A stretch of DNA of 63,258 nt, the filler included, from Olpidium bornovanus S191 (Eukaryota > Fungi > Olpidiomycota), in NCBI GenBank assembly GCA_017911155.1. It is 29 parts of 29 records of this genome, joined end to end, with 100 filler letters (N's around TTAATTAATTAA, not from the genome) between each part and the next. Parts side by side here need not be neighbours in the genome. Positions count along the whole stretch, not along the records: positions 1 to 3,481 come from JAEFCI010001491.1; positions 3,582 to 5,707 come from JAEFCI010004644.1; positions 5,808 to 7,420 come from JAEFCI010001040.1; positions 7,521 to 11,251 come from JAEFCI010005463.1; 25 more parts are not named here. The stretch is one strand, 5' to 3'. How positions within the stretch are numbered: the stretch's first letter is position 1; the number at the start of each line of letters is the position of its first letter. The notes below the pieces were generated by a model. It saw nothing but the letters and a program-made list of their open reading frames with translations. It ran no database searches and was not told where the DNA came from. Position numbers and translations under genes: made by a program. Positions 1-10,039 of this stretch are shown here, in pieces.

Positions 1-1160
1 CATGTACTATGAGAGGTATGGACATCCAATAAGGACGCACGAGTCTGATCAATAATGCATAGTCGTGAACAAAAAATACACTGCGGAGCTACTCAAGGAA
101 GGGGTCCACATAAATCAACCGTTCGAGACACACCTCAGCAAATCAGCATTGCTGAAAGTATCAACAGTACACCTGAAAGCGAAGCAAAAGCCACAATGAT
201 GACGTGTAATTTGCCGCAGGAGCGGTGGGACGATGTTTTTAGGGAAGAAGACGGGTTCGCAGCATCAGTGCCGAGACACCCGGCAGGCAAACCAGACCCT
301 TGAGTTCCGACAAAGCGGAGACAGGGAAATCACGACTCTCAAATTCCACCACTCTACTGTAATTTCCAAATAGGGCATATGAGAATCCCAAAATCGCCGT
401 GACTGGGTGGTTCGACAAAGCTCAAATAAGTGTGCTGAACCTTAACGCGACCGCAAAGCGGCAGAACGAGCAACGACAAGCGGAAGGAGCAACACAGGTA
501 GCTGTGAAGAGGACGGAAATAAAAACGGAGGAGCCTGTGCGATGATGGCCGTGTCGGAGTTGGGAATTGCCACGGATGCCGAACCGGTGGAAGTTGCTGC
601 CGTCCCACAAGCAGAGAAACCGGGGAGGTGTATGTCAATGCCGAAGAGGTGGAGACGCTTGAGGCAGGTGTAGCGGCCGAGAGACGCGACTGAAATGTCC
701 GGGTGCTTGGAGCTGTCGCAGCTGCAATCGGTCGCACGGCCGCCGAACTCGAGGGCGAGGACGAGAAACCGCAGGCATTAAGTCGCCGAAAACAGCAGGC
801 CTTGCGGTAGAACGGGGTAACGCGAGATGACGTCATCAAACCGTGACCGGCGGGTGGGCGGTTGGTTCGTGCTTGCCGAAGAACTTCCTCCGGAAACGCC
901 CAAACCAGAGGGATCCGAAAAACGACGGACATTGAGCGAGCGCGAGGCCTGGAACCATTGGCAGATTGCGTGTGGCCAGCGCCGCCGGCACTTTTTTTAT
1001 ACAGCCTGCCTGCTTTTTTCGCCTCCTTCTCGCGGGTTGCCCGGCCGTCGGGCGCCCGGGCGCAAACCTTTTCCCCCTCCCCCAACCAGCCGTCCGTTGC
1101 CCCCCCCGCCATCCCCCTGTTCATCACACCTCGCCCCCTCCCTCGCACCCGGTCACCGTC

Positions 1161-2438
1161 ATGATCAGCTTGCCGTCCCCGTGCCAGAAGCAGAAGCCGA
1201 AGGCCGCAGACACGCGGCCAGCGGCGGCGGCAGCCGTGCCCGCCCAGCAGATTTCCGCCATCAAGTTCGGCGACACCACCCGCCCGGCCTCGTACCTGTC
1301 GACGGTGGCGGCAGACTTCCCCGACACCGCCGCCGACCGGGAAAGCCGGCGGGCGGCGGCGGCGGCGGCGTCCGGGGACGCCCGGAGAAACAAGCAGGTC
1401 CGATCAAAGTCCGGGGTCGGCCTCGGGTGCGGCGAGTCCGGGCCGGCGAGCTGGGAGAGCACCAGCAAGAGGGACTACTACGCCCCGCAGCCGCCGGACG
1501 CCGGGGAGAGACCGGGAGAACCGCCGACATTGCAGCCGCCGCCGCCCGGCGCCGAGAAAGGGGCCAGGTCGAGGCCGGACCCGTGGAAAAAGAGGGCCGG
1601 CTCGACGTGGGAAGACAGGTATCGGAACACCGCCAGCGACCTGCCGATCGACCGACTGCACTTCCCTCCGTGCGCCAAGAAGACCACGACGGCCGAAGAC
1701 TACGAGGACCCGAAGAAGCTGGCGGCCGCGGGCGAGCAGGCCGCGGTCGCGGACAACTTAGGGCCGTCGTCTTCCGCCGGGCCGCCGAAGAGGAGCGAGC
1801 GGCTCGCGCGGCTGCACCTGTTCAGCCTCGACCCGGCGTCCACGATCCCGCTGGCGCCGTCGAACATCCCGCTCGGGGACCGGGAAAAGGAGCCCATCGG
1901 CGAAAGCGTCGCCAAATTGTCGTTCAGCCGTGGCGCCGTAACCGGCGGGCGGCGGGAGGGACCCGAGGCGATTGCGCACTACGGGCGGCCGAAGGGGGCG
2001 AGCGACGAGGTCATGTTCGGGGCGGACTCGCGGGGCGAGTGCGCCCGGGAAGGTCTGGTGACCGAGGCGGCGGCGACCTACGTGGCGCTGGACATCCCGC
2101 CGGACGTGATGATTCCCGGCCGGCAGGCGGACCCCGTGGGGAAGCCGGACGCCTTGCGGTCGATCTCGCACATTCGGCTCGGCGACCCAAACGAGCACGA
2201 CCTGGACACCGTCACTCGGCACGACTTCACCCTGGGATCGCGACGGCCGTTCGGGCCGCATCCCCGGCCACGGCGCAACCCTCTCGTCGGCGTTGACCCG
2301 GCCAGCCTGGGCGCGCGCGGGGCGTTACAAAACACTCACCGGTCTACCGCCGCCGCCGCCGCCGCCGAACGCCCGCAGAGCAGCAGCAGCGCCGGCTCCC
2401 GCGAGCCCGCCGCCCGCACCGGCCGCGAATCTGCCGGC

Positions 2439-2470
<32 letters not shown>

Positions 2471-3296
2471 TGCGGCGCCCACGCTCGGAGAGCGCCTGGC
2501 GCAGGAGGCGCAGCGCGGCATGTCCCACGCGAGGATGCAGGCGTCCTCCGTGCCGTTCGGCGACCGGAAGTTCGACTCGTACGAAACGACGACGTCCTCG
2601 TACCACCGCGCGGATTTCCGGACGCTCGCGCCGCCGAGGGCGGACCCCGCGTGGCGAACCCGGAGCCACTTCACGCTCGGGCTGCGGCCCGAGGAGGAAG
2701 ACCGCGTCGCCGGCTGGGGCGAGGCGGGGCAGCGCCTCGCCCGGGAGAGTCCGCGGGCAGGCGGCCCCGTCGCCGCGGAGCTGTCGGCCACTGCGTTCCC
2801 CGCCGCCGCGCACTACACCACGACTTCCTCCCGGACGTACCGGCCGCACAAGCCACCGCCGTTCGTGCACCGCCACGACCAGCACCCGACCGCCCAGCTG
2901 CTGGCCGACGCGAACATCGAGCACGACCCGATATCGAAGGCGGCGGACCTCCAGAGGCGGTCGACGACCGTCACGCGGGCGTGCTTCGCTCCTCCCGGGC
3001 CGGGCGCCGGACCGGCGGCGATGGCGCCGCACATTTCCACGCGGTCCAAAGATCTCATCACCGGCTCGCTGCGCGTCCCGCCGTGGATGGGGTTCCCTGC
3101 GAGGGAAGGGTTTCGCGGCGACCGCTGGGGCTTGAAGTTTGAGGCCGACGCGGCCGGCGGGACGGCGAAGGCCGCCGTCGGCATCGACCGCGCGCTGGGG
3201 GACTCGGTCGTGTTCGGCGACCCGGACAAGGAGCGCAACCACTTGACGACTTACATGAAGAGTTACGAGCCCGTGGCCGTCGCGAGCCAATCATAG
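1161..3296 (+). CDS. Repeat-containing putative ciliary microtubule inner protein, SAXO5/TEX45-like (about 711 aa if unspliced)
   Basis: ATG at 1161 in the long ORF 966..3296, TAG at 3294-3296. A motif S-x-[IVF]-x-[FL]-G-(D)-x(5-12)-[ST]-[TV]-x4-[YF] recurs, e.g. SAIKFGDTTRPASYLSTVAADF, SHIRLGDPNEHDLDTVTRHDF, SSVPFGDRKFDSYETTTSSY, DSVVFGDPDKERNHLTTYMKSY. Family assignment is by recalled motif resemblance. Confidence 0.6.
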
Positions 3297-3429
3297 ATTA
3301 TCATTACTCACTTTTGCCGAGCATTTATTTTTGTCGGAACGTCCGCGTTTACGGCGTTCGAATGGGTGCCGTTCCTTCCCCTTCTCCTCGCGTCCGGCCC
3401 TTTCATAAAGCAGCACGCCGGGCGCGTTT

Positions 3430-3462
<33 letters not shown>

Positions 3463-3481
3463 GTTGTTTTTTTTTTTTTAA

Positions 3482-3581
3482 NNNNNNNNNNNNNNNNNNN
3501 NNNNNNNNNNNNNNNNNNNNNNNNNTTAATTAATTAANNNNNNNNNNNNNNNNNNNNNNNNNNNNNNNNNNNNNNNNNNNN
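3482..3581. other. Artificial contig spacer N44-TTAATTAATTAA-N44 (first of 28)
   Basis: Identical 100-nt spacers start at 3482, 5708, 7421, 11252, 12597, 15603, 17448, 19626, 21420, 22744, 27498, 29886, 31944, 34893, 36375, 37912, 39031, 40901, 42179, 43291, 44562, 45791, 47478, 49359, 50926, 55150, 59497 and 61685. TTAATTAATTAA puts a stop in all six frames. Confidence 0.99.
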
Positions 3582-4507
3582 AAGGGTAAAACCACAGCAC
3601 CTCAAACGCGTCGAGTGAGGTTTGCGCTGGCGGAGTTGACAAGTCAACGGACCGGTGGTTGCTAATGACGCGTTCAGTTGCGGAATTCGCCGCCGCCGCA
3701 TGTTTTGTTTTTTTTGCAATTTTGCCTCAGTGCGGGATCAGCCACCCGCAACCACTACTACTGGCTTGCGGCGGGCGGAGGGGGGGGGTGTGCCAAGATC
3801 ATGGCTGTTAGGTAACTTCCAGTGGGGCGGGGAATTCGGTGAGGTCTTTTCTCCGCCCGGCGAGGTCTGTTCCTCCCGGGACCCATGAAGCCCGCATTTC
3901 GTCGGGACGCGCTTCGGATGTCGCGTTTCCTGCGGGTTTTCCTCGTCGACAGGCCGCCGTCGTGTCGTCGCTGTGGTTGCTTCTCCGAATTTCAAAAATA
4001 ATAATCATAATAATCATAATAATAATAATAATAAAGTCGAGAAAAAAAACGGAATTTTTCTTTTCCTGTAGAATGACGCTGACGGCAAGAGGTGACGGCA
4101 TGTGCAGGAAGGGATTACAGTTTAGGTCGGGATAAGAGAAAGACGTGCGTGAGAGACGCACGAGGGAACGAGGGAGAGAGAGAGAGAAAAAGAAGAGAGA
4201 GAGAGAGAGAACGAGAAAAAGAGAGAGAAAGAGAGAGATAGAGAGAGATAGAGATAGAGAGCAAAAAGCTCCTTTCTCTCCGTTTCTTTCCTCATTCTCC
4301 TCCTCTTCTTTCTCCTTCTCCTCCTCCTCTTCTTTCCTCCTCCTTCTCCTCCGGTGCACCGGCCCCCTGCGGGCAAACAAGAAAAAGGATCTCAGATTAC
4401 TCTCCCCCCGCCCCACCCCCTTTCCCGAACGCGCCCGGGAAACGCGTGGTCCCCCTGACCGGCCCACGGCCCCCGACGCCCTCGGTCTTCTCACACGTCA
4501 CACGGCA

Positions 4508-5707
4508 ATGCAGCTGTCGGAGTGGCCGGCAGCCGCTCCGCTCGACCCGTCGCAGGCCGCGTCGTCGGATGGCGTCGCCCGTGCCGGCGCGAGCTCACGG
4601 GCTGTTGCCGCCGCCGACCCGGCTGTCCCCGGCAACGGCCTTCGCAGGCCGCAGACGAAGAGCCTGCAGTTCGAGGGCCAGCAGCTGGCCGCGTGCGGAG
4701 CAAAGGGCTCGCCGACGCCGGTCAGGAAGAACCTGCTGCAGGGCGCGGTCGGTCCTGCAGCGCAGTCGGGCGGCCTGCAGAAGATCAAGCCCGTCAGCCG
4801 CCTTAGCACCCGGGCGAGGAGCGCCATGGCGAAGCGGCCCCACGGCATCGCAGGCTTGGCGGACCCGACGATCCCCTCGCCGGCCGACGAGCGCGACCCC
4901 GCCGCACCACCGCCGCCGCTGCGCGCCCGGCCGCAGTCTGCGATGCCGGTCTTCGGTCCCTGTAGGGAGGCTCCCGCCCGGCCGCGAACCGGCTTTCCGG
5001 AGGATCCGGGTGCGGCCGCCGAAGGCCAGATACGGGTCGAGGCGGCTGGCGCCGCTGCCGTCCCGCCCGTCAACGTGGCTGCGTTTTGTGGCGGGCGGCT
5101 TTGCGGGCCCCCGGACCCTGCGGTCGCGGCCGAGTCGTCACGGTTCGAGCAGACCGGCAAGCGACGAGATCGCTCGGCGTCGTCCGCGCGCGGCCGGGCG
5201 GACCCGCAGCAGCGCGCACGGCCGCGGTCCGCCTACGTCTCGCAGCCCCGGGCGTTCGTCGACACCTGCCTCCCTCTCCCGCAGAAACTGAGCAGCCACC
5301 TTCCGCCGCACACCCGGGAATGCCCTTTTGGCGCAGCGTCGCACGGGTACTACGCCCGGAAATGCCTGGAAGAATTCGAGCTTGCCTCTCGCAAGCTCCA
5401 CAGGCCGTCGACGGCGCCGTCCAAGGCCTCGCCTTCCTCCACGACACGCCGGCCGAGCAACGGCGGTGCTGTCGGCGGGCCCCGGTACAGCAGCGCCCCG
5501 GGGGTTCCCCGCAACCGGGAACTCGCCGCCCCTCATCGCAGTCGATCTGTGGAGGGGCGAGTGTCCTACGACGACGGGAAGGCGTCACCGTATGCCCGCG
5601 ACCGGAACAGGGCGTTCACCAACCGCGACGTCGCCGAATTGCAGGAGAGCCTCGCGAAGCTTACCGACGAGGATTGCAGAGCCGATGATATCCGGCAGAC
5701 GGTCATG
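4508..5707 (+). CDS. Unknown low-complexity protein, 3' partial
   Basis: ATG CAG CTG at 4508 in ORF 4145..5755, downstream of GA and CT microsatellites; open to the contig end. Ala/Pro/Ser/Arg-rich with RPQSA, RPRSA and RPSTA motifs. Confidence 0.6.
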
Positions 5708-5884
5708 NNNNNNNNNNNNNNNNNNNNNNNNNNNNNNNNNNNNNNNNNNNNTTAATTAATTAANNNNNNNNNNNNNNNNNNNNNNNNNNNNNNNNNNNNN
5801 NNNNNNNAAAAAAAAAAAAAAAAGAGAGCGGGGGCACAGAAAAAAAAAGAGAGAGGGAGGGAGAGAGAGGGAGAGAGGGAGAGA

Positions 5885-5926
<42 letters not shown>

Positions 5927-6019
5927 GAGAGAAAGAGAGAGCAAAACCCGTTTTGATGCGCCCCGCACGGAGCTCCCGTACCACGTTCCGCAAGACACGC
6001 CCACACCGCACCACACACG

Positions 6020-6496
6020 CAAGACATCCAATACGCTGTTGGCGACCACGTCCTCCTTTTCCGCGAAGGCCTCCGGCACGAGGAAAAACTGCTATCCCAA
6101 AAATACGTGGCACCCTATGTTGGGCTTTTTCTTGTCAACGACAAAGACGAAAAGGACAACTACACACTGGCACTTCCTCTGCCCTTCGCCCAGATCCACC
6201 CCGTCTTCCACGTCTCGCTCCTGCGGAAGTATGAGGAACCCGGCAAAGGAAAGAAGGTCAGCCGGCCGCTCTCCGAGAACGACGAGTACGAGGTGGAAGC
6301 GGTAATTGGGAAGCGTATTCGGCGCGCAAAACAACAATACCTCGTCCTTTGGCTTGGCTACGACTGGTCCGAAGCCACCTGGGAGGATGAGGAAAACCTC
6401 ATCAATGACCAAGGCGCCGTCGCTGAATACCTTGACCGCAATCCCGATCAGCTCCTCACCTCAAACAAGCGTCGTCGTCGCCAAGTGCTCAGCTGA
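6020..6496 (+). mobile_element. Ty3/Gypsy chromovirus pol C-terminus (integrase C-terminal domain plus chromodomain)
   Basis: QYAVGDHVLL...KYVAPYVG...IHPVFHVSLLRKY followed by EYEVEAVIGKR...QYLVLWLGYDWSEATWEDEENL. The frame is intact from about 6020 to TGA 6496; upstream is (GA)n, so the element is truncated. Confidence 0.92.
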
Positions 6497-7420
6497 TTCC
6501 ACGACGCCCGAGGCTTCGCCCTTGTCATCACCCAAGAGCTCAGAGTGCCTGAGAACGTCTTCAGCGCCTCCAGGCTCAGAGCGCCGAAGACCCGGCGCAG
6601 GTCCGAAACCTCTGGTCGTCACAAACGACCAAAGACGCCGCGGAGTCGCGTGAGCCATCGTCAGGCGGCCCTCATGGCCCTCCGGGAGGTCCATTACGGC
6701 CGTCCCATGCGGTTCTTGTTTGCAAAGAAGAACAGGAGGTTGTCCTCCAGCTTGAAGAACACGCCGCGGGCCGGCAAGACAAATTCGCCTCCAGAAATGC
6801 CTGGCTCCTCCATGCAGAAAGCCAGGCACAGGTGATTGGCGTCACGATCGACGTGCATGCGGGGCTTGAGAACGACGAACAGCAGAGCTTTCGTCAGCCC
6901 CCGCGATCAAAGCGTCGCTAAACTTCACGACATCCTGCGAAGCAGCTCGCTTCATTCCAGCGAACGCGCTGCTGTGCTCAGTGCAGAGACTCGATGAAAA
7001 CCGAATCAAAAACTTGAGGTGTAGTCGCAGATCCCAGTCCACGAAACTGGTCGTTGCTGTCCTGGCCTGGCCGCGCTCGCGTTCGCTTCCCAGGAACGTA
7101 GCGATTTCAGCCTTAGGAACTGGCTGTCGAACCACGAATGTATGCACTGCGCGTTCTGTGATGTTCAAGATTTGTTTAAGGAAGGCATTCCTCTTGTCGT
7201 TTGGCATGCCTTGTGGCAGGCGTGGTGGGTGCCCAGGAGGCGGCGGTGAGACATTCAGGCCTTGTCGACGTTGCTGACAACTTTGCGGCGCACGGGCTGC
7301 AGCACAGTTAATGCAGATATTGCATACCGCAGCGGTCAAGTTCAAGGAACAAGATTCGGTTGGCGGATAATTCCCACTGATGAGCACGGACCTTTCCTCT
7401 TGGTGCCGACTTTGCCTGGG
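6461..7420 (-). pseudogene. Frameshifted 2OG-Fe(II) dioxygenase, TET/JBP-like, 5' partial
   Basis: Joining frames across 1-nt shifts at about 6900 (C5 run on +) and about 6710 gives ...FSDALIAG/LTKALLFVVLKPRMHVDRDANHLCLAFCMEEPGISGGEFVLPARGVFFKLEDNLLFFFANKN/HGTAVMDLPEGHEGRLTMAH. H-V-D lies at 6855-6847, the distal H at 6709-6707 and R at 6667-6665. Confidence 0.75.
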
Positions 7421-7527
7421 NNNNNNNNNNNNNNNNNNNNNNNNNNNNNNNNNNNNNNNNNNNNTTAATTAATTAANNNNNNNNNNNNNNNNNNNNNNNN
7501 NNNNNNNNNNNNNNNNNNNNCATAACC

Positions 7528-7996
7528 TGTTTGAGTTTGGTGTTCCGCCGAAGGTTGGGCGGCGTTATATTATACAGGGGTTTTACGCGTCATAAGGTAC
7601 AACGGGTGCGGGTCGATACATAAGAGAAAAATCTCAACACAATAGAAGAACCCCCCTCCCGCAATATCACCATGCGCGGGAACCCACCGCCAACCACACC
7701 CCCCCCCCTGGTACTGCCCTGCGCGCAACTGCGCGCGCGTACAGAGCCCAGCGTGGGAACCACAACCGCGCTGGAGCAATTGCGTCAGCGGATGAGCAAA
7801 GACCAACTCAAATGGCATCCTGTCTCGCTCGGCCTCGCCGAGCATAAATAGCGCTCGTCTCGCTCCGTAGCTCTGTCCCCTCACCGACTTAACTCAAACC
7901 TAACCGTACTCGTTAGTCCTCGTCACCTTACCTGTAGCATCCAGCGCAGACCTGACGAGGAAGAATAATAGAATGTTCCAACCTAGCCGCAGTACA
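7528..7996. mobile_element. LTR-like repeat, copy 1
   Basis: Starts TGT and ends ACA. Clearly homologous to 10040-10110 and 10720-11094 (shared GCGGGAACCCACCGCCAACCACACC, CATAAATAGCGCTCGTCTCGCTCCGTA, ACCTAGCCGCAG). Preceded by CATAACC, a truncated PBS-like motif. Confidence 0.7.
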
Positions 7997-8755
7997 TCTT
8001 GCTTGCTGTTGAAATTGGCGGGAAAGGGAACAGGAGGCCCCTTCCTGCAGGCCCTCTTTGAGGGTGAGCCTACATCAACGAGAAACGTTTAGCAGAACAT
8101 TTCCACAAATACCCATAAACGTGACTAAGGCTTACTCAGGGATCAGTTCATAAATGTTCTGGAAGTGAGTGACGAAATCCGGTAGGACAAAGGGGCCAAT
8201 GGCTTTGACAAAGACTTCTTGACGCATAGGTGACAGGGTCACGGTCCCACGTCCTTCCCCCGTCCGGGACTTGAAGTGGTTCCGGCGGACGATGTTGACG
8301 ACATCATCAAACTTTGCTTTCAGCCCTGTTGTTAAAAAGCGGCGGTGACTTCACGGTTTGTCGCGCTTTCCCCGCTCCATTGAAGGCATCGAACATACGC
8401 GGTGTGATACCAAGGAAGGTGTCGCCGGCAGCCGTCGAGACAACTTCATCGATCATCTTCACACGCTTCGATGAGGGCTCGGGACATACAAAGCGTCCGC
8501 GACTCATACGCACGGATTTTCCGATCTGAATCGTCAATTCTTCTCCACTGTTGAGTCGACTAATCTCTATGTTGATTCCTCCGGTGTTGAAAGGCCTGCC
8601 CGGGAGGTGGACCTTGGGCTAAGCGCGGCGAGTAACGTTCCGAAATTGCTAAAACTCGAGATAGACCGCGGGAAGAATGAAATGGTCATTGATGTGAATG
8701 CACCATCGGGTGACTGGAGTTATACAAAAAGGAAGCAATCCGGTGACCGACGGTT

Positions 8756-9356
8756 TCAAGCGAAGAATAGACGTTTCAGTTGTGGCCAGGAAATCTCCCC
8801 ATCACCGCGAGCAGCGTGCGCAAACCATAGAGTCTCCGCCGGTCCGGTGAACTTGTTTTCAGCTATGATTACCTGGAGATCCGGAGAGGTACAGGTGATC
8901 CTGAAGTACGTGTCCATTTTATGGATGAACAAACGCAACCTCAGGGCACCACTCTTGCCATCATACTTGTTGATTTCTGAAAGAGCGGAGCGTAGGGAGT
9001 CACGTTGCGAGGCCGTAAATGACGTGTCGTCGGCAAGCCCGAGTGAAGGTTGTCGAGTGACATGGGTTGATTCGTTCGGTCTGCCGGGCTGTGGCGATCC
9101 TGACTCCAATTCCCGAATTCGCCGTTCCTTTCCGCTCATCTACCCGCATGAGGTTTCTCATACGAGCTTCGAGTATTTTGAATTGATCTTCCCGCGTGGC
9201 AGGTGTTCTGCCGATGAAGGGGTCCACCGGGTCAGCAGTTGTAAGTGTTGGTGTGCCTTCAGGAGAGTGAACTTGAAAACGCGTTCCCGAGAAAATCGCC
9301 CCTGGTCCAGGCTCTGATGTGTCCCGGGAAGCAGTTGCCTTTGGGTCCTTGAGCAT
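8756..9356 (-). mobile_element. Degenerate Ty3/Gypsy-type Gag (capsid) remnant
   Basis: INKYDGKSGALRLRLFIHKMDTYF...AENKFTGPAETLWF...ISWPQLKRLFF matches the Ty3 capsid pattern. The N-terminal coiled part (FKILEARMRNL) is in another frame and there is a premature stop. Confidence 0.75.
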
Positions 9357-9518
9357 GACGAGGAAGGGCGGCGAAGCGCAGCTTCGGTTCTCCGGTTCGC
9401 CGAAGGCGAGAGAAGCGGAGAATGGCTGCTGCGGCCGGGACGGCGGAGTTCTCCGGTTCGCCGAAGCGAGAGAGGCGAAGTGAGGGGCTGCGCCGCAGTG
9501 AAGAGCGACTGGAAAGTG

Positions 9519-9900
9519 GCGGAGAGCGGCGCTGCGGAGGAGAGCGGCGCTGCGGAGGAGAGCGGCGCTGCGGAGGAGAGCGGCGCGGCGGAGGAGAGCG
9601 GCGCGGCGGAGGAGAGCGGCGCTGCGGAGGGCGGCGGCAGCGAAGCGCAGCGGCGGCGATGGCGGCGGCGGCGCTGCGGCGGAGAGCGGCGCTGCGGAGG
9701 AGAGCGGCGCTGCGGAGGAGAGCGGCGCTGCGGAGGAGAGCGGCGCTGCGGAGGAGAGCGGCGCTGCGGAGGAGAGCGGCGCTGCGGAGGAGAGCGGCGC
9801 TGCGGAGGGCGGCGGCGAAGCGCAGCATGCGATGGGCAGCGGCGGCGCTGCGGCGGAGAGCGGCGCTGCGGAGGAGAGCGGCGCTGCGGAGAGCGGCGGC
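9519..9900. repeat. 18-bp GC-rich tandem array (GAGCGGCGCTGCGGAGGA)n in blocks
   Basis: The unit is read directly in the sequence and gives the LRSAAL, PPQRRS and CGGERR repeats in the ORF track. Confidence 0.95.
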
Positions 9901-10027
9901 GGCGAAGAGCGGCGGACGAGGACTTCTGCGCTGCGGCGGGCGCGGGTGTGAGGCGGCGGCTGGAGCTCTCCGGATCGCCGGAGCGAGAGAGGCTGTGAGG
10001 GGCGGTGCCGGCCGTCAGAGTCCGGTT

Positions 10028-10039
10028 GGGCTCATAACC
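10028..10039 (-). promoter_or_regulatory. Primer-binding site GGTTATGAGCCC (half-tRNA-iMet type)
   Basis: Directly abuts ...TTCAACA at 10040 on the minus strand. It is complementary to the fungal initiator tRNA anticodon arm GGGCUCAUAACC, as in Ty5 and copia (established). Confidence 0.75.

Noticed and set aside
1-10. SMART template-switch adapter remnant (CATGTACT) as the source of CATG ends
   Set aside because: Bases flanking the other terminal CATGs vary and do not follow the adapter.
827-3290. Long overlapping ORFs (827..2296, 2293..3135, 2325..3290) and similar stacks elsewhere
   Set aside because: These are shadow frames of GC-rich genes or translations of microsatellites, with Arg/Gly/Pro-biased composition and no motifs.
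8011-8028. E2F-like GGCGGGAAA next to TTGAA
   Set aside because: A short motif in GC-rich transposon debris with no adjacent gene start; not distinguishable from chance.
8307-8600. Tyrosine recombinase assignment for LTIQIGKSVRMSRGRFVCP
   Set aside because: The catalytic R, HxxR and Y could not be placed in a consistent order; kept only as an unassigned frame.
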